NCBI GenBank assembly: GCA_030867685.1
Contig: JAQOWU010000007.1
Location: 806,001-870,000, forward strand
Length of the DNA: 64,000 nucleotides
Reading direction: 5' to 3'
Source: Wickerhamiella versatilis
Lineage: Eukaryota
In this document: positions 32,110 to 42,543 of the stretch, in pieces
Layout: each line of letters opens with the position of its first letter
How positions within the stretch are numbered: position 1 is the first letter of the stretch
The notes under the pieces: model-generated
What the model saw: the letters and a program-made list of their open reading frames with translations, nothing else
Database searches by the model: none
Told to the model about the DNA's origin: nothing
Program-made: the position numbers and the translations under genes

Positions 32110-33612
32110 TTAAATGGGCTGGCCAAGATAGTTCAAGAGCTTTCCCTGATAAGGAATGGTCTCATTGATCGGGTTCAGGCTTGTGGTGGCATTGTAGTCC
32201 CACCAGAATGTGAGGTGAGAAGGCACTTCCGAGGTCAAATTGCATACCTTTGAGAACTCGCGTCCGGAGATACGGGAGTTAATGTATTCATTATAATCAT
32301 TCAATGGACAAGACAGTCCTGGTCCGGACATACAATCATCCAAGGGTACAACAGCCTCGTTCACGACCACTCGAACGAAATGCTGGGTTTGCGTGCTATT
32401 AGGTGCAGAACTGTTAGTTATATTAGCAACGGTATTGTTGAAACCAAGCGGATACTCATTCACATATTCTTCACCAGGTATGTCTGCTGATGAGGCACAC
32501 GAGAGTCGTTCAAAAATTATACGCCCACCCTGTGGAACCACATCTGCGACGTGATAGCCAGGGTTGGACTGTATTTTAGAGTCATTAAACTGGGGAGACG
32601 GGTCCAAGCCCAATGCAGCCTGTACAGGTGCAATGTCGGTGTCATGTGAAAAGTTGACGACCAGAGGCTCTCCTTGCTCTGGACCTTCAAGAAGCATGGT
32701 ACGGCTGGCATTTACAAAGTTGGTACCACGGGCCAAAGCATCAGGGGAACCAGGACCATCAGCGCACCAGAATTTCGCTGAGAGATGATGTTCAAACGCT
32801 ACCCAGGCGTCGCTGGGGAATACCGAGATCCATGGCGAGCGTCCCCGGACATTGAGCTCGTATGCAGCCATTTCCATAAGAGTTTGAATGTCTTTATATG
32901 TGAGCTTTACCCCGTACTGCTGATTCCAGTCCTGGGCGAGATCACGGAACGGTTTGTAGTCGCGCTTGCTCTTGCACGGTCCTTCAGTGATAGAGGAATT
33001 TTGGCAGGTTGGCTTTAGCGAATTTGCACCCTGGTCAGTTGTCTCGGGTATAATGTTAAGAGCAGCCTGGGTAGCGTTATATCCGAAAAATCCTTCGATG
33101 AAACGTCTTGCGGTGTCAACAACGCGGAGTGCTCCACTGGCAAAAACAGGGGTCATTTCGTCCAAGTCAACTAGATCCCCATACCGTTCTGCGTACATCA
33201 TTCCGCTATAGTAGCCCTCATGAAGTCCATTGTAGGGCCCTATGGTCGACTCCTCGCCAAGCCAGCCGCTACTAGGCTCATCAAATGGCACCCAGCTGTT
33301 GTAGAATGCCAAGTCGCCAGTGAATTTGCCCTTTTTGGCATTAAGTTTCGACAATGATTCCGCAAAATCATCGGCCTTGCCAGGTGAGGCATGTCGGGCA
33401 CCGTGTCTCATCAGGATGATAGCCTGATCAACAACGCATCCACTAGGGGGATCGCGGGAAATACCAACGCCTCTACGATTGGAATACGGGCCTGCGTTTC
33501 CGGTGTACTTTAGTACGTTGTAGTTATCGTCGAAATCTTGGGGATAAGGCTTATTTGGGTTGTATGCACCAACGCAGGAGAGAGCAGCTACAAGCACAAG
33601 ACTCGACTTCAT
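32110..33612 (-). CDS. Secreted histidine acid phosphatase/phytase (Pho5-like)
   Basis: Signal peptide, RHGARH catalytic motif, SHD motif and many N-glycosylation sequons. Confidence 0.92.
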   Translation of the reverse strand: MKSSLVLVAALSCVGAYNPNKPYPQDFDDNYNVLKYTGNAGPYSNRRGVGISRDPPSGCVVDQAIILMRHGARHASPGKADDFAESLSKLNAKKGKFTGDLAFYNSWVPFDEPSSGWLGEESTIGPYNGLHEGYYSGMMYAERYGDLVDLDEMTPVFASGALRVVDTARRFIEGFFGYNATQAALNIIPETTDQGANSLKPTCQNSSITEGPCKSKRDYKPFRDLAQDWNQQYGVKLTYKDIQTLMEMAAYELNVRGRSPWISVFPSDAWVAFEHHLSAKFWCADGPGSPDALARGTNFVNASRTMLLEGPEQGEPLVVNFSHDTDIAPVQAALGLDPSPQFNDSKIQSNPGYHVADVVPQGGRIIFERLSCASSADIPGEEYVNEYPLGFNNTVANITNSSAPNSTQTQHFVRVVVNEAVVPLDDCMSGPGLSCPLNDYNEYINSRISGREFSKVCNLTSEVPSHLTFWWDYNATTSLNPINETIPYQGKLLNYLGQPI

Positions 33613-33686
33613 TGCCTATATCAATGCTTGTGACTTTTTGAAAAAAAGTTTGCAGCCTTTTCACTGCGTATATGTTAAATCTGAGG

Positions 33687-34016
33687 ACCACGTGCCGGTT
33701 TCCTAGCCCAGTCAAAATATAATCTATGCATCTCGAGATATTTAGCTTAGAGTTCGGCAGCACACAGAAACTTATAGTAAGCCTCCTCAAGGGAAAAGTA
33801 AGTGCATTTCCAAATTTCCCCGGTTTCTTTGGCCACTATACTCATCAACCTTTTTGGAGGCCCTAAAATAAGCATGGTAGAAGTTACTCATACGTCAATC
33901 TGCAGCAGCTTCCTGCATGGAGATTTTATTACTCGATTCGGATCGCACATATAACTGGTAATAGGCTACAAATCGACTGGATAGCAAAGTTTTGGCGGCC
34001 TATGGCCCCACGTGCC
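33687..34016 (-). promoter_or_regulatory. Two Pho4-type sites (GCACGTGG) upstream of the acid phosphatase
   Basis: CACGTG at 33689-33694 and 34009-34014, both reading GCACGTGG on the minus strand. Confidence 0.6.
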
Positions 34017-34272
34017 CGTAGATGCTAGTTTTGCACATTGGTCCTAGGAAATTTAAGCTCAAAGAACACTTTATTTGTACGTATCTAGGGATAGAATTGC
34101 CAAATTGCGCTGGCAAGCAGCTACTGTTTAACAAAAATGACGCACAACCATTATACAACTAATAAATATACGAAACCTGTAGGTGAAATAGAGCCCTGTG
34201 AAAAAAAAATAATAATAATGCCGTCACCATCTAAAATGCTCTTTTTGGTTAGCGTTTTTTGATGGCTCTCTC

Positions 34273-34887
34273 TCACAGGTCTATGCCCTCCCATTCACTC
34301 ACCTCTCGGGCCTGCTCTGGTGGACTTGTCTCACTTGGGAGCCGCTTGGCAAGCGCATCTAGACGCTCACTGATTTCTTTGTTCGAAGCGAGCATCGACT
34401 CAATTTCGCTTCGTTTTTTCTCGATCTGCTGTGCCATCTGCATCACCAGGCCCTCACGCGCTTGGTGGGGCCGATACACATTCAGCAAATGATGCATATT
34501 GATCATGATAACTCGGAGATTCTCTACTTGAGGTTCAAACACCGTTGGGTCGGCGCCCAATGTATCTACAATACTGATGAAAGCTGCAAGTGCAGACCCC
34601 AATAGTTTCTTGAGTTCTGGGACTAGGTCTTTTCTAGAGCTGTTCTCCGGATATAACTGCTGGATCCCCGACTCTGCCAGGGGCAGCAGCTGTTCTTTTG
34701 TGTTCCACACGCTGCCGAACCCTCTGAACGTAGGCTCTTCGGGGACCGCAGGTGGCATGAGCTCTGCTAGTTCAGGGGGCACTGGCTTGCCATTATCCAA
34801 AGCCTCCTGGAGCTTGGTCTTGTTTTCATCAGTGAATCGCTGGAACCAAGGCGGCGGAGGTGGATATACCGACGTCAAGCCGGACAT
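34273..34887 (-). CDS. MED7: Mediator subunit 7
   Basis: YPPPPPW..FT, FRGFG.VW, GIQQLY and NMHHLLNVYRPHQARE motifs. Confidence 0.95.
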   Translation of the reverse strand: MSGLTSVYPPPPPWFQRFTDENKTKLQEALDNGKPVPPELAELMPPAVPEEPTFRGFGSVWNTKEQLLPLAESGIQQLYPENSSRKDLVPELKKLLGSALAAFISIVDTLGADPTVFEPQVENLRVIMINMHHLLNVYRPHQAREGLVMQMAQQIEKKRSEIESMLASNKEISERLDALAKRLPSETSPPEQAREVSEWEGIDL

Positions 34888-35151
34888 GCAGTTGTCGTCG
34901 AGCCACTGAGTCAGAGAATAGTCTTCACAGTGTAATCATGGTGTGGTGATGTTGGTGCACTTAGAGAACGACAACAAATGTTCCAAGTAAATTGGGGTGC
35001 GTAGATATCGCAGTCTTGATTATTTTTGCAAAAGTAAATGCGAGCTTTCTTTTTTTTTGGGGAGTTCAGAGGCAACCAAAAAACCCCTTTGGAGATAAAT
35101 AGGATCCAGGGCAAGGGGATATTTTATTTCTACCAACTGTATTCGTCCTCC

Positions 35152-36405
35152 ATGAAGCGGCTAGCGAAGATTCCCTCGTCAGGAACTTATCCCTTAGGCT
35201 TCAGGATAGGTGCAGCACACTGTGGTATTAAGAAAAATGGGGTTACTGACCTTGCTGCTCTGGTGAGTGATAAGCCAGCTTCAGCCGCTGGGGTATTCAC
35301 CTCCAACGTGTTCAAAGCAGCGCCTGTGGTGGTTGATCAGGAGGTGCTTCGAACCACAAAAGGCGAGGGTATTCGCTCAATTGTTGTAAATAGTGGATGT
35401 GCCAATGCGGTGACCGGTACCAAAGGTGTGGAGGATGCTAAGACGATCATAGCCACGGCAGATAAGGTCTTGGGCCAAGCGAAGAGTAGCACGCCAAGCT
35501 CGCTATCCATGTCAACTGGTGTGATTGGACAGTTGCTGCCCCTCTCCAAGATAACTGATGGCATTCCCAAGCTCTACAATCAGCTTGGCAGCTCACATGA
35601 ATCCTGGTTGGCCTGTGCGCGGGGAATAATGACAACTGACACGTTCCCCAAGCTCGTGTCTCGTGAGTTCCACTTGGATGGCAATACCTATCGCCTAGCC
35701 GGCATGGCTAAGGGTGCGGGAATGATCCACCCAAACATGGCCACCCTTCTCGGCTTTTTGGCCACAGATGCACCTGTTGGTCCCCAAACACTGTCTGTGG
35801 CCCTCAAGGAGGCGGTAAATAAAAGTTTCAACTCTATCAGTGTGGATGGTGATATGTCCACCAACGACACCATAGTTGCGCTTGCTAACGGAGCAGCGGG
35901 CGGGACAGAGATTGAGGAAGGGTCTCCCCAATTTAAAGTGCTCGTTTCCGAATTCACCGAGGCTGCAGTGGACTTGGCGAAACTCGTGGTCCGCGATGGC
36001 GAGGGTGCCACGAAGTTTATCACCATCCGCGTCGAGCAGGCAGAAACCCCAGAGGATGCAAAGCGTGCTTGCGCCTCCATAGCAACGAGTATGCTGGTAA
36101 AGACGGCCATGTATGGTAAAGATGCGAATTGGGGTCGCATACTGTGTGCCATTGGCTACTCCGGGTCCAAGGTCAACCCCACGCAGACCAGCGTGGCGTT
36201 CGTACCTACTGATGGGTCACCTGAGCTGCCCTTGCTGGTTAATGGTGAGCCTGAGCAGGTGGACGAGGCCCGGGCATCCGAGATCCTTGCATTGCCAGAT
36301 CTCGAGATCCGGGTGCAGCTGGGGGTTGGCAGCAGCTCGGCCAACTTCTGGACTTGTGATCTCTCCCATGAGTACGTTACCATCAATGGAGACTATAGAT
36401 CTTAA
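35152..36405 (+). CDS. ARG7: Ornithine acetyltransferase (ArgJ family); start uncertain (in-frame ATG also at 35038)
   Basis: [52 protein letters not shown] and DANWGRI motifs. Confidence 0.95.
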   Translation: MKRLAKIPSSGTYPLGFRIGAAHCGIKKNGVTDLAALVSDKPASAAGVFTSNVFKAAPVVVDQEVLRTTKGEGIRSIVVNSGCANAVTGTKGVEDAKTIIATADKVLGQAKSSTPSSLSMSTGVIGQLLPLSKITDGIPKLYNQLGSSHESWLACARGIMTTDTFPKLVSREFHLDGNTYRLAGMAKGAGMIHPNMATLLGFLATDAPVGPQTLSVALKEAVNKSFNSISVDGDMSTNDTIVALANGAAGGTEIEEGSPQFKVLVSEFTEAAVDLAKLVVRDGEGATKFITIRVEQAETPEDAKRACASIATSMLVKTAMYGKDANWGRILCAIGYSGSKVNPTQTSVAFVPTDGSPELPLLVNGEPEQVDEARASEILALPDLEIRVQLGVGSSSANFWTCDLSHEYVTINGDYRS

Positions 36406-36529
36406 TCTTAGGCCCCAGCCAAGCGAGGCTCGATAGCAAAATAGGCCAAATAAGGCTACGCTAGCTAATATTTCATTCGAATCTGTACCTAACCCAGTAA
36501 GCCACACGACCTCATTGTTTCTCCACATA

Positions 36530-37006
36530 ATGTCAATTTCCATTGAAAAGCTATTTTTTGCGGCAATTCTCGTGCTTCCAGGCACCATCACTCGAGCATT
36601 GCTGCTGGGGTGTCTGATTGCCGTGCATGTTGTTCCCCGACCTGTTCTCCACGGGATCCTGAAAAGCCGGGCAGTGGTGGTCGCGTCAGTTATTTGGCTT
36701 CTCCTGGTCTTCATGAGTTTCCATAGAGTACAATTGCACCACACGTTGAAGATTGGGGGGATTGCAAGTGGTGTCCTTATCAGCAGACTGGTGCTATGGC
36801 TGGAGTGGGAATCTCTGAAGTCCTTCGAGGAGCCGCTGTCGACGGATGACCTGCGATGCTTTATTGCCGACTACCACCCAACCCCAGCCGAGGTCGTTGA
36901 TGTATTAGGTGACAGAGTGATGAAGTTTGCTCAAAACCAAGAGGTCCTGCAATTCCTTCGCAAAGACTGCTCCCTACAGGATGGCAGGATTATTCCTAGG
37001 TGGTGA
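36530..37006 (+). CDS. Hypothetical membrane protein
   Basis: 158-aa ORF with several hydrophobic segments, filling the gap after ARG7; no family recognised. Confidence 0.55.
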   Translation: MSISIEKLFFAAILVLPGTITRALLLGCLIAVHVVPRPVLHGILKSRAVVVASVIWLLLVFMSFHRVQLHHTLKIGGIASGVLISRLVLWLEWESLKSFEEPLSTDDLRCFIADYHPTPAEVVDVLGDRVMKFAQNQEVLQFLRKDCSLQDGRIIPRW

Positions 37007-37174
37007 ATGAGACCAAAACGAAAGCAGTGCAGACTATACCATAAAAAAAATAAAAAGAAGAAATCTTTGCAACAAGTATACATATATTCTTATCCATCAT
37101 AAAGTTAAGTTTGATTCCATCTCTAAAATACCGCGATATATAAATATGATCACGTTCCCATCCAAGATGGGGAC

Positions 37175-38737
37175 TTACAGCACAAGCCATGCTGAGCTAC
37201 CAATAAGAAATAGCACTACAACTGCTGTCAAAACACCTGCACCCGCCTTGTCGCCGGTATCAAGGTCGAGCCTACGGGCCGTAATATTCTTAGTACTGTT
37301 TGTTCCCGCTTCACCGTAGCCATAAACAGCACCCTGGCTGGACTCCACTTGGCCGTCGCCTCCGCTTGAGTTCGACGGCTTGTACAGATCCGGAAGGTCA
37401 GCGGCCCTGTAAATCTGAGACTTGTCCGGGGCAAGAATGGCGTTGAATGCAGCTAGGGCCGAGATTTGTTCTCCAAGACCAGAATTGCCATCAAATCCCG
37501 AATGAGTCCAATTGAGCCCGCAGGTGAAGCCATCACGTCCGCCATCGCAGGAAAACGATGCGGCCTGCGCAGTGGTCGACATTCGGCTCCACATAAGATC
37601 CCTTGCTGCGGGGAGTATACGCATGGTATTTCCAATGAGCTGGGCAAAAACAGCCTTGAAACATCGCTGGTCAGTCGTGCAGGTCAATCTACCAGACGGG
37701 CCCAGTGACATGCATGCTGGTTCATATAATACAGAGTCTGTTGACCATTGATTATTTCCAAAGAATACTGAGCCATATTCGGAGATTGGCGTCACGGTGC
37801 GGCTCCATAGGCCCTGTACTCGGTTCCACCACTTCTCGTCCTTCGTCTGGTTGTAGAGGTAGGCTGCTCCGCTGATCATCATTCCCTGATTATAAGTCCA
37901 CTCGTAAATGGTTACGTTGGAACAGTTTTGTTCCATACCAGCACCATCGTAGACCCGGATCTTCCAATCCTCCGGATTCTCAGATGTCCTATTTGCATAA
38001 TCCAAGAGCCTACAATCACCACCGCCCGGTGTACAGGTTTCTCCTGTATCCTCCATCCAGTCCCAGACCTTTTCCGCCCAATGCACATAGGTGGCGTTGT
38101 TGGTGAACCGCGAGAGGCGGGCCGCAAGGTTGAAGAGTGCACCATTGCTCACAGTGTTTTTGTAGTTGTACCCAGCGTTCCACTGATAAATCTGCCAGCG
38201 TAGCCCGCCATTACACTCAGACGTATCCCAGCGGCTCACCATGGCGGCGAATGTGGACTGGGCATAGTACAGCCAGGTCGGGTGCGAGGTGTTGGCACGC
38301 GTGAAGTTCACCTCTGCTGCCTGCATTGCGGCCAGGCCCCACATTGCCTCATCGTCATTACCTTCGACAGATGTCTGATTTTGTGTCATGAAATTCATAT
38401 CATCTCCAGCCTGGAACGTAATACTGTCGACGATATATTGAGTGAGGGTATCGTTGCCGGTAACAGCAGCCCACTCAACAAGAGCAGCGGTTGAAACACC
38501 GCCCTCATACCAATAGTAAGGCTGTGAGGGCATGCCTGGGACTGTCCCCAATATCTTGGTTTTGTTCCTGGTGAGCCCCTCCTGCTGCGCGTACGGGAAG
38601 TAGTCCAGGAGACCTAGGATGACAAGGTTGCATGCTTCCTCCACCTGAGTCTGGTTATTTGGGTCCATTTGAATTGCGGAACAGCCGGCAAAAAATGCCG
38701 ACACCGCAAGAATCCATTGGATCACTGCCCGACCCAT
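37175..38737 (-). CDS. GH76 GPI-anchored mannan endo-1,6-alpha-mannosidase (Dfg5/Dcw1 family), copy 1
   Basis: Signal peptide, PYYWYEGG, EGNDD, CNGGLRWQI, YKNTVSNG, WTYNQG, GLGEQISAL and C-terminal GDKAGAGVLT plus hydrophobic tail. Confidence 0.95.
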   Translation of the reverse strand: MGRAVIQWILAVSAFFAGCSAIQMDPNNQTQVEEACNLVILGLLDYFPYAQQEGLTRNKTKILGTVPGMPSQPYYWYEGGVSTAALVEWAAVTGNDTLTQYIVDSITFQAGDDMNFMTQNQTSVEGNDDEAMWGLAAMQAAEVNFTRANTSHPTWLYYAQSTFAAMVSRWDTSECNGGLRWQIYQWNAGYNYKNTVSNGALFNLAARLSRFTNNATYVHWAEKVWDWMEDTGETCTPGGGDCRLLDYANRTSENPEDWKIRVYDGAGMEQNCSNVTIYEWTYNQGMMISGAAYLYNQTKDEKWWNRVQGLWSRTVTPISEYGSVFFGNNQWSTDSVLYEPACMSLGPSGRLTCTTDQRCFKAVFAQLIGNTMRILPAARDLMWSRMSTTAQAASFSCDGGRDGFTCGLNWTHSGFDGNSGLGEQISALAAFNAILAPDKSQIYRAADLPDLYKPSNSSGGDGQVESSQGAVYGYGEAGTNSTKNITARRLDLDTGDKAGAGVLTAVVVLFLIGSSAWLVL

Positions 38738-39189
38738 CCGAAAAAGTTGTATGTAATCAGGGGGCAGGCCTGGTTTTGTGCAGTCATATAATTAGCACAA
38801 GGTTAGGGCGTATGACCAATGAGAGCAATTGCAACGACATGGCTTTTTTTTCTTTTTCTCCATGGGTTCTGATGTGTATCCCACTGGCATGACAGGAGCG
38901 TGAGGGAAACGGATAATGCCATGGGTGCGGTGGTCAGGGTCTGTGGTAGGGGGTGGGGAAATCTTGCATTGTCCAACCAATCTCTAACCTAAAGGGAGAC
39001 AGCAGACTGCACGCGACACGCTGCAGAATCAGGACTTTGGGTGCGGCATCCACTTTGAGAAGGCAGTTTGGGCCGTCTAAAGGACGTCCAAAGGATGTCG
39101 TACACGAATAGCCAAGACCGAGTTTTCACCCTCCTCTTCATTCGGTGGGCACGCATGAACACTTCGATTTTTTCCTGTGTGGAGGCGGC

Positions 39190-40752
39190 CTAGAACACGA
39201 GCCATGCCGAGCTACCAATAAGGAACAACACCACAACTGCTGTCAAAACACCTGCACCCGCCTTATCACCCCCACCAATGTCGAGCTTGTGGGCCGTAAC
39301 AGTCTTATTACTCGATCCCGCGTCACCGAAGCCATAAACAGCACCCTGGCTGGACTCCACCTGGCCGTCGCCTCCGCTTGAGTTCGACGGCTTGTACAGA
39401 TCCGGAAGGTCAGCGGCCCTGTAAATCTGAGACTTGTCCGGGGCAAGAATGGCGTTGAACGCGCCCAGGGCCGAGATTTGCTCACCGAGGCCAGAATTGC
39501 CATCATAGCCCGAGTGGGTCCAATTCAACCCGCAGGTGTGTCCATCATATCCACCGTCGCAGGAAAACGATGCGGCCTGCGCAGTGGTCGACATCTTGCT
39601 CCACATGAGATTTTTTGCCCCGGGGAGCATATGCATGGTATTTCCAATGAGCTGAGTGAAAACAGCCCTAAAGCATCGCTGGTCGTTCGTGCAGGTCAAT
39701 CTGCCGGTCGCTCCCAGCGTCATGCATGCTGGTTCATATAATACAGAGTTCTCTGACCATGCATTGTTACCAAAGAATACTGAGCCATCTCCCGAAGGTA
39801 ATGGCGTCACTGTGCGGCTCCATAGGCCCTGGACCCGGTCCCACCATTTCTGGTCCTTCGTCTGGTTGTAGAGGTAGGCTGCTCCGCTGATCATCATTCC
39901 CTGATTATACGTCCACTCGTAGACAGTTACCTCGGAACAGTTTTGGTCCATACTAGCACCATCAAGGACCCTGATCTTCCACTCACTCGGTTCTTCAGAA
40001 GTACTGTTTCCATAGGTCAAGAGCCTACATTCACCATCACCCTGTGAGCAGGTCTGCCCGGTATCTTCCATCCAGTCCCAGATCCTGTCCGCCCAATGCA
40101 CATAGGTAGCGTTGTTCGTGAAGCGCGAAAGGCGAGCTGCAAGGTTGAAGAGTGCACCATTGCTCACCGAATTCTTGTAGTTGTATCCAGAGTTCCACGG
40201 GTAAATCTGCCACCGCACGCCACCATTGCACCCAGATGTATCCCAGCGGCTAGCCATGGAACTGAACGTGGACTGGGCATAGTACAGCCAGGGAGGGTAC
40301 GAGCTGTTAGCACGCGTGAAGTTCCGCTCCGCAGCTTGCATCGCGGTTAACCCCCACATTGCCTCGTCATCATTACCTTCGACGGATGTCTGGTTATTCG
40401 TCATGAAATTCTTGTCATCCCCGCCTTGGAAAGTAATACTGTCCAGAATGTAGTCGGTGAAGGTGTCATTACCAGTTAGGGTGGCCCACTCGACAAGAGC
40501 AGAGGTAGCAACACCACCTTCGTACCAATAATAAGGCTCCTGGGGCATACCTGGAACGCCTCCTGTTACATCGGAACCCCCAGTGAGTCCTATTTGTTTG
40601 GCGTATGGGAAGTAGTCCAACATGCCCTGAATGACAAGGCTGCAAGCTTGCTCCACCTGTGACTGGTTGTTTGGGTCCATTTGAATTGCAAAAGAGTTGG
40701 CGAAGAATGCCAGAGCTACGAGAACCCACCTCATTGCAGGTCCTCGGTTCAT
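39190..40752 (-). CDS. GH76 Dfg5/Dcw1 family, tandem copy 2
   Basis: Same motifs and same 520-aa length as copy 1. Confidence 0.95.
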   Translation of the reverse strand: MNRGPAMRWVLVALAFFANSFAIQMDPNNQSQVEQACSLVIQGMLDYFPYAKQIGLTGGSDVTGGVPGMPQEPYYWYEGGVATSALVEWATLTGNDTFTDYILDSITFQGGDDKNFMTNNQTSVEGNDDEAMWGLTAMQAAERNFTRANSSYPPWLYYAQSTFSSMASRWDTSGCNGGVRWQIYPWNSGYNYKNSVSNGALFNLAARLSRFTNNATYVHWADRIWDWMEDTGQTCSQGDGECRLLTYGNSTSEEPSEWKIRVLDGASMDQNCSEVTVYEWTYNQGMMISGAAYLYNQTKDQKWWDRVQGLWSRTVTPLPSGDGSVFFGNNAWSENSVLYEPACMTLGATGRLTCTNDQRCFRAVFTQLIGNTMHMLPGAKNLMWSKMSTTAQAASFSCDGGYDGHTCGLNWTHSGYDGNSGLGEQISALGAFNAILAPDKSQIYRAADLPDLYKPSNSSGGDGQVESSQGAVYGFGDAGSSNKTVTAHKLDIGGGDKAGAGVLTAVVVLFLIGSSAWLVF

Positions 40753-40862
40753 CCGAAAAAGATATGTAAGCCGAAGACACCAAGATGGTTTCGCGGAGCC
40801 TCACGGCGTGTCGTGGGCTAGGGCGTGGAGCGCTGAGCCTACGAGGTTAATTTATTAAGTTT

Positions 40863-40887
40863 ACGCGTATCATGCCACTACACGCGT
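40863..40887. promoter_or_regulatory. Two MCB-like ACGCGT boxes upstream of GH76 copy 2
   Basis: ACGCGT at 40863-40868 and 40882-40887, about 110-135 bp upstream of the ATG. Confidence 0.45.
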
Positions 40888-41562
40888 AGTTTTTAGCTTG
40901 CAGTGTGGTCCAGGGGCCTGGCTATGCACCAGGTCTGGCCTGGCTCGTGGAGCCTCATCTATGCGAATGCTTAGCTGGTAACGGTGAATGACGCAATGTC
41001 TTGCATTTTGCAGGTCGTTTCAGAACCAAACAGCCGAGAGATGGTGCTTGACCTGACCTAAGTTGTGGTTCTACGTGGCTCCTCGGGGAATAAATGCAGG
41101 CAGACACGGTTTTACCGTTGAGAAATGCATACCGTATGATGCATACCGGATTTTCTGCTGGCCCAAGAGGGTTGGTGTGGATGAATTGGTGTTTGGCAGT
41201 ACGGAATAGTCCTGGCGATGGTCCTGGTCTTGCCAGGGATTACATCACCCCTGATGGAGTCTAAATCAAATTTTGCTTGATATATTGATTCAGTGTCTTG
41301 TCCTATTTTTAGCCAGGAGCCATTTATTCAATCCAGTGAATGTTTTGCGAGGTTGTGCTTTAAATAGTCGTGTTCAAGGACCTGGTTATATCTCGTTGAC
41401 TATCAAGCTCTCCGACTACTTGTCGTTTATTTATTGGTTGATTGTTCATATACCTGCTGCAGCTTTGGCCAAAGTTAGGAGCGTCTCTGTATGAAACAAC
41501 TATCATGTCACGTATAGAAGACTAATATTTAATGAAATAAAAGAATTACGATTGTTAGTGGA

Positions 41563-41806
41563 TTAGATCTACCTTGGTCAGCTCGTAGGATCGAAGCCTT
41601 CTTTAGGTTCTAGGTGTCCGCCTGGTGGATTGGTGTGCGAATGCCTCTCAGCCAAGTTTGCCAGTTGTAGCGAAGCACAACACACCTGATGGAATATACT
41701 CACCCCATGAACGACACTCGCGTGGTGATGATATTCCGTGGCGAACAAAATGAACGCGGAAATGAGTAGCCCGCACTGACAGCTGTACACGCAATGTAGC
41801 TATACT
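41563..41806 (-). pseudogene. Frameshifted relic of an OPT transporter 3' end (possible N-terminal remnants extend to about 41930)
   Basis: YSYIACTAVSAGYS / SAFILFATEYHH / SWGE / ASLQLANL..GGHL..EGFDPTS* aligns across frameshifts to the C-terminus of the adjacent OPT gene. Nucleotide similarity between 41764-41806 and 42761-42803. Confidence 0.85.
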
Positions 41807-42543
41807 GGATGCTCCAGAAACAATTCCCACCTCCAGCAAGTTTTTTATTATCTCAGGCAGATAAGCACCTTGATCCAAGACGTGCCATCTGTGATAAGAT
41901 ATATCGCAGATCCACGCGTGCTAGCCTTACTTCAACAGGAAGTGGGAAACGTCTAGCCATCCAGCTGAGAATATGAAAGCATTTTCAGCAGCCAATAAAC
42001 AGCTTTAATCGCAAAAACAGCGCCATTCTCCCCTTGCCAGTCCTGAAAGTGCGCCAATTGTGGCCATACCATCTAAATGACGTCATATCTCGCATTTGCC
42101 TATGTGCGTCTGTTTTATATGGAGCGCATAACAACTACTAGAGTTCGGATATTTGATATTCCAAGGTGACGGTTCGAATTGAGTCTTGCACGTTGAGCGA
42201 GCACGGCTCGGCTCGGCACAGGATGGCCCGCAGACGGGGGATGAGGCGGGCTATCTTGCATTGTCCAACCATAGGTGCTCCGCAGCTTTATTTTTCATTT
42301 TGCTTCATAGAGGCACTAATTTCAAAGCTTATTTTGGTAAAGCAAACTAGGCGGAAGGGTCTCAGGTGTCAGCGTATATGGGCCTCCGACCACACAGGGC
42401 TGCGCTGACGGCCCCACTAAGGTAAGTGGCCAGACCCCGCGAGCTTAAGTTGATAAAAAATGTACTATGCTGCAATGCGTCATCTTTAAAGATTTCAAGC
42501 TCAACTAACGGTTTAAAGAAAGAGATTAAGATTAAGTAGTGAT

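Noticed and set aside
42171-42181. GGTTCGAATTG B-box-like sequence, possible tRNA
   Set aside because: No A box or cloverleaf; no tRNA gene was recognised anywhere in the window.
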